From Squalus acanthias (taxonomy: Eukaryota), in assembly GCA_030390025.1 (NCBI GenBank), contig CM059432.1, forward strand, positions 118,484,001-118,548,000: a DNA stretch of 64,000 nucleotides, given 5' to 3'. Below, one piece after another: positions 1-12,329 of the stretch (its first letter is position 1; the number at the start of each line of letters is the position of its first letter). Both the position numbers and the translations under genes were made by a program. The notes under the pieces are model-generated. The model did not search any database and was not told the origin of the DNA. It worked only from the letters and a program-made list of their open reading frames with translations.

Positions 1-345
1 ACATTATAATGAAAGGTACATCTCCACCAGATGTGTCAGAGCAGACAATAGGGTTGCTCAAAATGCAATTCAGATGCCTGGTCAGATCTGGAGGAGCCCT
101 TCAGTACACACCAGCCAGGGTCTCCAGAATCATCATGGTCTGCTTCGTCCTTCACAACTTAGTGCAGCAGCGAGGATTAGCGTTGCATGAGGAACAAGGT
201 GAAGAGCACACAGCCTCTTCAGAGGAGGAGCAGCATCAGGTGAAGAGGATGAGGAAGACCTAGAGGTCCAGATGCCACCAGTATGCAAGCATATTGCTGC
301 CTGAGAGGCCAGGGATGGCCTCATCATGGCCAGATTTACTTAGCT
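1..345 (+). pseudogene. Harbinger transposase C-terminal fragment
   Basis: [22 protein letters not shown]...VLHN followed by an acidic tail. Confidence 0.85.
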
Positions 346-599
346 TTACACAGCACAGCCATGTGGCTGGCACATGCGTCACCAGGTTGGCTACACCCCA
401 CATCCACACCAGAAAACATCCCTACAATGACCAGTCCATTCTTTTCACAGTCACCACCATTGCTGAATCGTAAGATAGCCCTGACCGTTCAATCTGCGCA
501 CAAATTTGTCAGAGACTGCAAACTTTTGAAAATAAATGATTTTACACAAAAGACTATTTCGAAGTAAACTTAATAATATTGAAGAAAACACCCAAGTTA

Positions 600-3500
600 C
601 TACTTGTGTGGATTCTTTCGCTTCCGTGTGCTTCTATGTGGTGGTACCCCTGCGGCTTCAGTAGAGGTAAAGGCAGCCTGCTCATGTCCCTGCTGAGCCT
701 GCTTAGATGCCTTTGGCAGTCATCCTCTTGGTTTTGGAGCCCATGAGGGCCCCGCCAAAGTCTGCTCCTCCTGCAACTGTGAAGGGGCAGACTCGGCCAT
801 CGCTTCCTGGTGAGGCATCTGGGCCTCTGACCAAGGGGTTGGAGGTGGGAGGGGGTGGGAAGGGAGGAGAAGTGAGCACTTGGAGAGGAACCACTTCCAT
901 GTCCCCTCTCACCATCATCCCTCCTGGTCCCTCACACTTCTCTGCTGGCAAGGAGCAGGAGAGCACCTTGCTGCACATCAATGGGGCCTTGAGGACCCAC
1001 ATCTACGCTGACTCTCCTAGAAAGGACATCTATGAGCCTCTGGCTTCTATACTCCATAGATGCCCATCTATCTTCCATAGACACCATATGCTTGTGCAAC
1101 TGGCGCATTAGGTCCGCCATGCAGGTGGCCATCCTATCCATGGAGGAACCTAGAGCCGTGATTGCCTGCGCCACGGTGGTGCTCATGTTGGAGCCAGACT
1201 CCGATTCTCTGAAAACTCGCAGTCACAAAATCTGTCAGAGCCTCCTGCACCACCCTCTTTCTGGATGACCGAGGCTCAGTGTCTGCATGCTGCTGAGCAG
1301 AGCTAGAGACTCCTGCACCCTCCGACAAGGAGTCTGCAGTGATCCTGTCTCCACCATCTGCTCTTGCATGCTGAGAGAGACACCATGTGACAACACTACT
1401 ATGTCGCGACGGCCCCACCGAAGTGAGTCTATCTGTGCTGGTGCTGGGTGGCCCTCAGGTGACATAGAAACAAAGAAACATAGAAGATAGGAGCAGGAGT
1501 AGGCCATTCAGCCCCTCGAGCCTGCTCCGCCATTCAATGAGATCATGGCTGATCATCCAAATTCAGTACCCTGTCCCTGCCTTCTCTTAATATCCCTTGA
1601 TCCCTTTAGCTTTAAGAAATATATCTATCTTCTTCTTGAATATATTTAATGAATTGGCCTCTACTGCCTTCTCTGGTAGAGAATTCCATAGGTTCACCAC
1701 TCTCTCGGTGAAGAAATTCCTCCTCATCTCAGTCCTAAATGGCTTACCCCTTATCCTTAGACTGTGACCCCTGGTTCTGGACTCCCCGGCCATCGGGAAC
1801 ATCGTTCCTGCATCTAGTCTGTCTAGTCCTGTTAGAATTTTATAAGTTTCAACGAGATCCCCTCTCATTCTTCTAAACTCCGGCGAGTATAAGCCCAATC
1901 GACCCAATCTCTCCTCATACGTCATTCCTGCCATCCCAGGTATCGGCCTGGTGAATCTTCGCTGAACTCCCTCCATGGCAAGAACATCCTTCCTCAGATA
2001 AGGCGACCAAAACTGCACACAATACTCAAGATGTGGTCTCACCAAGGCCCTGTACAACTGCAGCAAGACATCCTTGTTCCTGTACTCGAACCCTTTCGCT
2101 ACAAAGGCCAACATACCATTTGCCTTCTTAACTGCCTGCTGCACCTGCATGCTTACCTTCAGCGACTGGTGCACAAGGACACCCAGGTCTCATTGCACTT
2201 CCCCTTCTCCCAATCTATTGCCATTTAGATAATAATCTGCCTTCCTGTTTTTGACACCAAAGTGGATAACCTCACATTTATCCACATTATATTGCATCTG
2301 CCATGTTTCTGCCCAATCACCCAACCTGTCCAAATCATACTGGAGTTTCTCGGCATCCTCCTCATGGCACACACTCCCACCCAGCTTTGTGTTGTCTGCA
2401 AACTTGGAGATATTACATCAAATTCCCTCATCTAGATCATTAATATATATTGTGAATAGCTGGGGTCCTAGGACCGATCCCTGCGGTACACCATTATCAC
2501 TGCCTGCCACTCGGAAAAAGACCCGTTTATTCCAACTCTTTGCTTTCTGTCTGCCAACCAGTTCTCTATCCAAGTCAATACCTTGCCCCCAATCCCATGT
2601 GCTTTAACTTTACACGCTAATCTCTTATGCGGGACCTTATCGAAAGCCTTCTGAAAGTCCAAATACATCACATCCACTGGTTCTCCCTTGTCTATTTTAC
2701 TAGTTACGCCCTGAGGCTGGAGGCTCCTCCGAGTCATTGTCTTGCTCTTCCACCTGGATAGTGGGTAGGGGGGGTGGGGGGTGGTGGGGGTGCTGGCTCT
2801 TGATGGACCTGTGGGAGAGTAAAGAGATGAGTTAGATATGTCATATGTAGATTGCATATAGATACTATTATGCACCTGATGAGCATTCAGTGTCTCTTGA
2901 CATCAGTCCCCATATGAGTGACTGATGAATGCCATGTAGCTGTATGGAACTGATTCTGTCACCAGGTTGTTGTGATGAACCCCTCTCCGTCCTCCACTGC
3001 CGGCTGGTTGCCCACTCCAGAGACCTCCAGGGCAGCCTCTTCTGCACTGATGAGGATTGCTAGGGATGTAGGGTCTCCTCCCATTCTCTGCCTCTCCCTC
3101 GTGTTATGGGCTCTCTTCCTGCAAGTAGGAAAAGAAGAGAAGGTTGAGTGAAAGTGATGGAATGATTGTAAGGAATGAATGAATTACATGTGTAAAGGGT
3201 AACTATGATGGAGTAGGGTGGCAATACTAAGTGGCCTCCTTGTGTTAGTTGGTATGATTATACTAGGATGAGGTAGAGTGTGAGGGGTGGCTAGTGAGAT
3301 GGGGATGTGATAATGTACATAGAGAGGAATGGATGGAGGTGCAAGGGATGTTGGTGTGTGAGTAAGGATGTGCAGTAGTAGGCTTGGGAAGCCAGAGTGA
3401 TGGGGATGTGATGAGAGGCACAGCAGCATGAAGGCTAGTGTGGCTTTGCACTCACTTTTCCTGATCAAGATCATTGAAGCGCTTGCAGCACTGCATCCAA

Positions 3501-3700
3501 GTTCTCATGACCAGACCTGCTGGTCACGTCCTGTGCTATCTGGAGCCAGGCTACCTTGGTCTCCTGGGAAGGTCTCTTGTGGCCACTGGCAGGGAAGAGA
3601 ACCTCCTTGTGTGCTCAGACTCCCTTCCACAAGCACATGGAGGGAGTCATTGGAGAACCCAGGTGCAGCCTGCTGTCTCTGGGAACTCATCTGTCTATCT
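600..3700 (-). pseudogene. Harbinger Myb/SANT gene remnants (split by CR1 1462-2708)
   Basis: Similar to the Myb-gene exons at 37221-39108 and 15480-15950. Convergent with the transposase at 1-345. Confidence 0.65.
1462..2708 (-). mobile_element. 5'-truncated CR1 LINE
   Basis: ORF2 C-terminal motifs ([36 protein letters not shown]) and an ACATAGAA tail. Confidence 0.93.
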
Positions 3701-3739
3701 TCACTACAACCAAGGGAGAAAGAGAGCATCCACAATCCT

Positions 3740-4222
3740 AGATGAGCCTTCATGGAGTATAATGTGGGAAAGTGCGAGGTTATCCACTTTGGCAGGAAAA
3801 ATAAAAATGCAAACTATTATTTAAGTGGAGAGAGATTACAAAATGCTACAGTTCAGAGGGACCTGGGGGTCTATGTGCATGAAACACAAAAAGTTAGCAT
3901 GCAGCTACAGCAAGTAATCAAAAAGGCAAATGGAATGTTGGCCTTTATTTCAAGGGGGTTGGAGTATCAAAGCAGGGAAGTCCTGCTACAACTGTACAAG
4001 ATATTGGTGAGACCACACCTTGAGTACTGCGTACAATTTTGGTCTCCTTATTTAAGGAAGGATATACTTGCATTGGAGGCAGTTCAGAGACGATTCACTA
4101 GGTTAATTCCAGAGATGAGGGGTTTGACTTATGAGGAAAGGTTGAGCAGGCTAGGTCTAGACTCCCCAGCCAGGGGAAACATCCTCCCTGCATCTATCCT
4201 GTCAAGCCCTGTAAGAATTTTG
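3740..4222 (+). mobile_element. CR1 ORF2 fragment (ends in a short inverted CR1 piece)
   Basis: The 157-aa ORF has KCEVIHFG and LVRPHLEYCVQFWSP. Confidence 0.88.
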
Positions 4223-4879
4223 TGATGATGGGCTACATCTAATTTTTGAGTTATGCCCCAGTAGTTTTGTACATCTTTAAAAATTGTCCAGTAAAATGCG
4301 TCCCCTGATTGCTATCAATTTGTACTGGCATTCCCCACCTTGACATCACCTCACACAGTAAAATACATGCTGCGGTGATGGCAGTATTACTTTGACACGG
4401 GAAGGCCTCCATCCATTCTGTACATTAGTCAATGATAAGTAAACAGTACTGGTACCCCGGCCTGGATTTATGCAGGGGGGCAATAAAGTCAATGGATGTG
4501 AGTCCAGGGACCGTTTGGCAATGGTGAAGATTGCAGAAAAGCTCTGTTAATAACCTAGTGATATCCTGCGCCATGTTCGGCCATCATACCACATGGGCAA
4601 TCTTATCCACAGTAGCAGAGACAGAGTAATGTCCACCTACAGGATGCAAATAGAATAGGTGGAAAAATTCACTTGCCCATTCCGGTGCGGCAGATACCAC
4701 GGAGAGTTTTTCCTTACTTTTAAACATCAAAATAGATGGGGTTGTTTGGGTCAGAGTGGTCCATTCCACCCACTCAGTTGGGGAAGGAAGGGGGCACCCT
4801 TGGCCATTACTATTTCATAGGGCTCCCATTGCAGTAGATTATTTAAGATTATTTGGTTGACAGTAGCGGTCATGCTACT

Positions 4880-5765
4880 CACATAGGAACATAAGAACAA
4901 TAGTAGGCCATTCAGCCCCTCGAGTCTGTTCCTTCATTCAACTAGATCATGGATGATATGTATCTTACCTCCATCCACCCGCCTTGGTTCCATAACCTTT
5001 AATACCCTTGTATAACAAAAATCCAACAATCTGTTCCAAAATTTTCAATTGACCTCATCTTTCTGGGGGAGAGAGAACAGATTTCCACTACCCTTTCTGT
5101 GAAAAAGTGATTTCTGATCACCCTTGAACAGCCTAGCTCTAAGTTTAAGGTTATGCCTCCTTGTTCTGCACTCCCCCACCAGAGGAATAGTTTCCCTCTA
5201 TCTACCCTATCAACTCCTTTAATTATCTTAAGCACCTCAATTGGATCACCCCTTAATCTTCTATACTTAAGGGAATACAAGCCTAGTCTATGCAACCCTT
5301 TTAACCCTGGTATAATTCTAGTGAATCTGTGCTGCACCCCCTCCAAGGCCAATACTGTATATCCTTCCTGAGGTGCGGTGCCCAGAACTGAACACAGTTC
5401 TCCAGATGGGGTCTAACCAGAGCTCTGTACAGCTGTAACATAACTTCCACCCCTTTGTATTCCAGCCTCTTGAGATAAAGACTAACATTCCATTAGCTTT
5501 TTACGTTATTTTTTATACCTGTCCTCTAGCCGTTAGTGATTCCTGTACTTGGACCCCTAAATCTCTCTGCTCATCCACAGTTCCTAGCATCTCGCCATTT
5601 AGAAAATTCTCTGATCTATCTTTCTTAGGTCTAAAGTGGATGACCTCACACTTCATCACGTTGAATTCCATCTGCCACAGTTTTACCCACTCACTTAATC
5701 TATCAATATCTCTTTTCAACTTTCTGCTCCCATCTACACTAATGACCGTGTCACCTAACTCAGTT
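4880..5765 (-). mobile_element. CR1 3' fragment
   Basis: AACATAAG tail and frameshifted ORF2 C-terminal motifs. Confidence 0.88.
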
Positions 5766-6169
5766 GTGCTTGCGGGAAGTTCCCAGAGGGTTCCAATCGT
5801 GTTTGTACGTGGCAAACACCCTTTGTCGCTGGCGAATGATCTTCTGTACCTCCCTGAACAGGAGGCTAATAGGCCATTTAATAGCACACACTGAATGAAT
5901 GTCTGACACTTGCACACATTGCCCCTGTCCCAGAACTAATTGTATCATTACAATTGCATAATCCACACATGCTCCCATATAACCCAATACATCCGATCCC
6001 AACAATCCCTCTTGGCCTGGCATATCCATTGAGACAGGATCCTTAACCCAAACATTGTTAGCTTGATCTAAACTTATATAACATGATTGTGACACGTGTA
6101 GGCTGTCCGGTACAGCTAGTTAAAGGAGCAAGCACCCCCGTACTCAAGCCATGAGTCCGAGGTTGTGAG

Positions 6170-8388
6170 GTATGTATGATGGTGGCTGGCCCTGGAGATG
6201 CAAATATCGAGAGCGAACTTCGACCTTAGTGCTGAGCTTAGCACTGGATCCTAAGCTCGCTCTGAAAAAAGAGCGTGCCGCAGACTGACAGAAATGCTGT
6301 CAGCACTTCTTAAAGGGACATTCACATCTTTCAAATAAATTTGCATTTAAGCTTTTGGACTGGATTATTTTTATTTTATTGAAGTAGTGGCTTGGTGCAA
6401 TACATGTTAAAAGATTTTTAAGTGTGCATGGAGTGCTGCTGGATGCTTGCAAGGCCTCAGATGGTAAAGGAAGGCCTCTGAGAAGACAGAAAATGCTGGA
6501 AATACTCAGCAGGTCAGGCAGCATCTATGGAGAGAGAAATAGAGTTCATGTCTCAGGTCGAGATGCTGTTGAGTATTTCCAGCATTTTCTGCTTTTATTT
6601 CAAATTTACAGCATCCGCTCGCAGAGGGAAGAGGATGACACAGAAGAGGAAGCAGAAGAGGAAGACACATAACAGGAGGAAGCAGAAGAAGAGGAAGCAG
6701 AAGGAAGGATGCAACCCAGACAGCCCCTTTTTTGGCTGGGATATCCAGGATGGAAACATCCGCCTGTGGTACCAGTGACCACAACCCTAATTCCCCTTTC
6801 AACATTTGTCCCTCACCTTACCTTCCCTCTGTTACTGACCATCACAATGTCCTCTTGGCCACAATGCTGAAATAAAAGCCACCACAAAGCAAATTTTCCA
6901 ATCCAACTTTATACATCTATCCATCCAATATGACATCAAGAAATCAACTCACCACCCTTATGCATTCCCTTAGTGACTGCCTTTTTGTGCCTTTGCCTAG
7001 CTTACTGATGTCACGAAGTGCTACCACAGTGGCTACAGCATGGCTGGTGGAAGGCTGCTGACTTTCAGTGGGGGACACGGCAAATAGCCATGCAGGACGC
7101 TGGTGGCTGGGAGTGCAAAATCAAGTGACGCTCTTTCTTCTTCTTCTTCACTCTCCTCTCCCTCATCTTGTTGACCTACTGGCTGGGCGGGCTGGATTTC
7201 TTGGGTGTGTGAAATGAGGAAGGTACAAGGGTGGAGTTGTGGTGAGGAGAGGATGGGAGGTGCATGTCAGAAGGAGGATAACCTATGAGGATACCTGCAT
7301 CTTGTATCCTTTCAGCCCTGCCGCTGGCCAAGGGCTCAGCCATTCCCCTGCCAAGAATGGCCAGCACCATTTCCTCCAAGGGGGTGAGGTGAGGCTAGGA
7401 ATAGGAGGTGTGCCTGTTGGTCGATGAGTGATTGAGCGGGGGGGGGGTGGCGTGGTCAGGCAATGAGCAGGATGTGATGCTAGTGGTGCAGTTGGTAGGA
7501 GATGGCTTTTGAAGATGCATTCACTCACCTTGACTAGTGGTCTGAAGTCGTGAAGCTTCTTTGGCCACTGGAGCCAGGCCATGGGGGCGACAATCCTGGC
7601 AGTTATGGCCTCAGTGATGTGGTCCCACATTGTTCTTTCTGTAGGGCCTCTATGCCACTATGGGTAGTGGAACTCTCTTGCAGTGTTGACCCCCTTCACA
7701 AAGCTGGAGTGTTGCGTGCGAGACCCAGGGTGCTCCTTCTCTGGCTTGCTGAGCCATTTGTGTTAGTGCTGAAGCACTTTAAGCTGTAAATCTGAAATGA
7801 CAGCATAAAATGCTAGAAATACTCAGCTAGTCAGGGAGCTGTCGACCTGAGACGTGAACTCTGTTTTTCTCTCCACGGATGTTGCCTGAATTGCTGAGTA
7901 TTTGCAGCACTTTCTGCCTTCTCAAAGGCCTTCATTTACCATGCAAACCCTTGCAAGAATCCAGCAGCACTCCCTACACACTTAAGAAACATTTCACATC
8001 TATTGCAGCAAGCCACCACTTCAATAAAATTTAAAAGAAGTCCAAAACCTTACATTCAAACTTACCTAACGATGTGTATGTCCCTTTAAGAGGTGCAGAC
8101 ATTGCCGCTGTTAGCCTGTTAGCACGCCAGGTTTGCTTAGGACCTAGCGCTGAATTAAGGGTCGAAGTTCGCGTTGGTGATGTTAAGTTGGTGTTGCACA
8201 CCAATTGACGTCACCAAGCCGCCATTTTTTCTTTCAGGGCACTACCAGTTACCGGCAGCCTAAAGGGGGAGACGAATATGGCGGCTGCCATGGGACCCGC
8301 CACCAGCTGGCGCAAGAGCGGCGGTTGCCATTCTATCACCATTTCATGGCGCTACGGAATGGCAGTAAGTAGATGAATTTCTAGCCCA
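6170..8388. mobile_element. Non-autonomous Harbinger derivative with long inverted arms
   Basis: 6208-6480 is an imperfect inverted repeat of about 7925-8175. Internal Myb exon remnants are on the minus strand (7170-7760). TIR-like GAATTTCTAGCCC at the right end. Confidence 0.6.
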
Positions 8389-8389
8389 T

Positions 8390-10633
8390 CGTATTTACAG
8401 CACAGAAACAGGGCATTTGACCCAATGGGTCCATGCCATTCTTTATGCTCCACACGAGCCTCCTCCCACCCTTCTTAATCTAACCCCATCAACATATCCT
8501 TCTATGGCTTTCTCCCTCATGTGGTTATCTAGCTTCCCTTTAAATGTATCCATGCTCGTCACCTCAACTACTCCTCGTGGTAAGGAGTTCCACTTTCTAA
8601 CCACTCTCTGTGTAAAGAAGTTTCTCCTGGATTCTCTATTGGATTTATTAGTGACTATCATATTTATGGCCCCTATTTCTGGTCTCTCCCGCAAGCGGAA
8701 ACATCTTCTCCATCTCTATCCTATCAAACCCTTTCATAATCTTAAAGTCAGGTTACCACTCAGGCTTCTCTTTTCTAGAGTAAAGAACCCCAGCCTGTTC
8801 AATTTTTTCTGATAGGTATAATGGGTATAATGCTAGTAAATCATTTTTGCACCTATGCCAGTGCCTCTATGTCCTTTTTATAAAATGGAGACCAGAACAC
8901 AGAACTCCAAGTGTGGACTAACCAAGGTTCTATACAAGTTTAACAGTTCTGATGAAAGGTCATCGATCTGAAAAGTTGGGCTGAATTTTCTGGGTGGTAG
9001 CGGGCGAGATTGGTGGCGGGTAGGGTGGGAAAGTTATTATTTTTGACAGCAGGGAACCCGTTGTCATCTCGTTCCTACACGCCTTTCCCACAGGCATGTC
9101 TGTCATCGTGGAGCCGACCCGACCGGCAGTGGCGGTGGACCCAATTGAGATGATTATCAGGTAGTTTACAGGCAGTTAATGGCCTTTTTTCACGTACATT
9201 TTAAATTTCCCTGCATGGCCACGGGATTCACGCAGCTCGGGAACCATGTCTGTCCTCCTGAGGTGGAAGTTCCATGGCCATTGCTCCAGCTGAATACTTG
9301 ACAGCATGAAAAACAAACCAAAATAAAAACATGTTGATTACATCAGCTAACAGGTTGATGGAGATTCTGTTCTACTTGAAAAGCTACTGGTAAATGTTAA
9401 TTCAGAAATTCCTGAAAGGATGTGAATACTGAAGGCTCCCATCCTACCCTGGATGGTGAGGGAACTACATTTTTCACTGGCCATTCTTGGCTGTTGCCTT
9501 CCAACTCAACAGTAATTGCAGTGAATTGATCTGCACTATAAAAAATGACATATGTCATTTAAATAAATGTTTGTGTTGTTTCTGGTCAGATTTTTCTCAC
9601 AGTATACTGTGATTGTCCAGTTACACATTAAATCAAGTCATAAACCAGAACAATCTCATTCTCATCACTCATTCCACTGGCTCAATTTGCTTTCAGTCCC
9701 TGAATATGACTAATGTAATTTTTCAGTCTGAGACTTTAGGGTGAATTTTTGCGGAGGTTCTCACACTTGTCCATTATTAACTTAAACAGAAAAGCTGCAG
9801 AAATTCCAGAGACACATTGTAAGCACCACTTACACTGTTTGTCAGGGATTCTGCAGCTCTTCCGCTGAACTTGCAAAAGATTGTAAATCCACCCCTTGAC
9901 AATTACATTTAAAATCTGCTTAATTTTATATATTACCTATACACACACATCTTTTATTTGTACCAGTTACTGATGAAAAAAAGTCTATAGATCTGTGACT
10001 AAAGCACCAATAACTTCCCAATTATTGTACTTTTTAAATTATGTTCTTGATCGTATTTGTAAATGACGTCATATTACTTAATGATAATATTATTTAATTA
10101 TTTCTTTGTCACTCATATATAACTTTTATTATATTATTGTAGAGTAAAGATTCAACACCCACTTTGTTTGATTAAACGTCAAATGTAATGTGGCCAGGGT
10201 CCCTTTAAGGATCCCGGCTGAAAACGCTTCATGAATGACGTCATCAGGCCCACTCCATCTCATCGGCCGGGTAATGTGCTGGGCAGGCTTAATAGGCCCC
10301 ATTAAAGTAAATTCATTTTCAGCAGTGGGATGGAGCCTGCAGCAGGGTCGGGACCCGCCACGGACACCGCCTGCACGGGACCCGCCCAGGTAGGCAAAAT
10401 TCTGGCCATTTACTCTGTTTCTCTCGCCACAGATGTTGGCTGACCTGCTGAGTATTACAGCATTTTCTGTTTTTAATTAACGTAACTTCTCTGCTTTTCA
10501 ATTCTATCCCTCTAGAAATGAACCCCAGTGCTTAGTTTGCTATTTATGGCCTATTAACCTGCATTACTATTCTTAATGATGTGTGTATCTGTACTCCCAG
10601 ATCCCTCTGCTCCTTTACCCCATTTAGACACTT
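8390..10633 (-). mobile_element. CR1 3' fragment split by insertions (CR1 parts 8390-8944 and 10478-10633)
   Basis: RRNFFTQRVV..WNSLP. The two parts rejoin at AAGTTTAAC|GTAACTTCTCTGC. Confidence 0.75.
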
Positions 10634-10806
10634 AGGGGGAAAAATTTGTCCCCTTAGCTAATGCTTTAGACTGCACGCAAAATTTATTCTCACTGCTCAA
10701 AGAAATCAATGGAGTGCAAATTCAAGCCTTAAAGCTCAAGCTCATTGGTGATAAACTAAAAGGATGGACCAATGTCAGGTGCAGTCTAATCACAAATCAT
10801 CATTGC

Positions 10807-12325
10807 CACCATTTTAAATGTTTCCCATGTGTGTTCTACATCATTGTTTGAAAATACTGTTGTCCATTTTATTTTCCCAAGTTCTATTCTCAGCCCCTCA
10901 AAATCAGCTTTTCTCCAATCTATTACCCTCGTCTTTGTCATACTTATGTCCTTCTTAATTATTATCTTAAAGCATATTATATTATGGTCACTATTGCCTA
11001 TATGCTCCCCTACTTTTACTTCTCTTATCTGCTCCGGTTCATTCCCCATTACTAGATCCAATAGTGAATCCTCCCTTGTTAGGCTTTTTACATATTGGGT
11101 TAGAAAGGAGTCCTGTGCACATTGTAGGAACTCCATTCCCTTGTCCCCTTTACCTTCCTCTTCTGTCCAATTAATATCGGGGTAGTTGAAATCCCACATG
11201 ATTATTATTCTATGTTTTTTACTCATTTCCCTAATTTGTCAGCATATTTCTTCCTCCACTTTCCTTCCACTATTAGATGGTCTGTACATTAGCTATATTA
11301 GTGTGATTAATCCTTTATTATCTTTCATCTCTATCCACATGGATTCTATTTCTGTCCTGCTGATAGCTGCGTCAATTTTTTCTACTGCCATTATGTTATC
11401 CCTAATAAGTACAGCTACTCCACCTCCCCTTTTTCCCCTCTCTTTTCTAAATGTGTTATACCCTACAATGTTTATTTCCCAGTCCTGATTTTTCTGCAGC
11501 CATGTCTCAGTAATCTCTACTATGTCTGGTTCCTCGCAACGCATGATTGCCTCCAGCTCCCCTGTTTTATTACTGACACTGTGCATTGCTGTACAGACAG
11601 TTTAACTCATTTTTAATACCAGTTCCTCTCACTTTATTTTTAACCATCTTTTTAAACTCCTGTTCTATAACTCTATTTATTCCCTGGCTATTAATGTCCT
11701 CCATTCTTTTACTCTTTCCTTTGGTCTCGTTTCCTGTTTTGTTTATATTTAGGCTGGTTTCATATCTTGTAGCTCCCTCCTTCTCGCCTCACCCCTCTCC
11801 CCCCCCCCTCCCATCTTACTAGTTTAAGGCATTTGCCACCTCCCTATTTACCCTTTCCGCTAGGACACGGGTCCCTTCCTGATTCAGGTGGAGCCCGTCC
11901 CATCGGTACAGCTCCTTCCTGTCCCAGAACTGGTTCCAGTGTTCCATGAAAAGGAACCCCTCTTTCCCACACCAGCTCTTTAGCCATGTGTTAATTCTCC
12001 TGATCTGTCTGCTTCTATGGCAATTTGCACGTGGCTTGGGCAATAATCCAGAGATTATTACCTTCGAGGTCCTGATTTTTAATTTCGCTCCTCACTCCTG
12101 AAACTCCTTCAGCAGGACCTCCTCCCTGTTTCTACCAAAGTCTTTTGTTCCGACATGGTCCATGACAACTGGATTTAACCCCTCCCTTTCCAAATTCCAC
12201 TCCAGCCGCCTCAAGATATCCCTTACCCTGCCACTGAGTCGGCAACACATCCTTCGGGATTCGCATTCTTTGCTGCAGAGGAGGCTATCTATTCCCCTAA
12301 TTATAGAAGTGGCTAGTATAGTTAT
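10807..12325 (-). mobile_element. CR1 5' part: ORF1 SGNH-esterase remnant and ORF2 endonuclease
   Basis: HVGT.D and DGLHLN esterase motifs. TETWL, RGGGVA, DFNYPDINW and SDHN endonuclease motifs. Confidence 0.85.
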
Positions 12326-12329
12326 GGGA

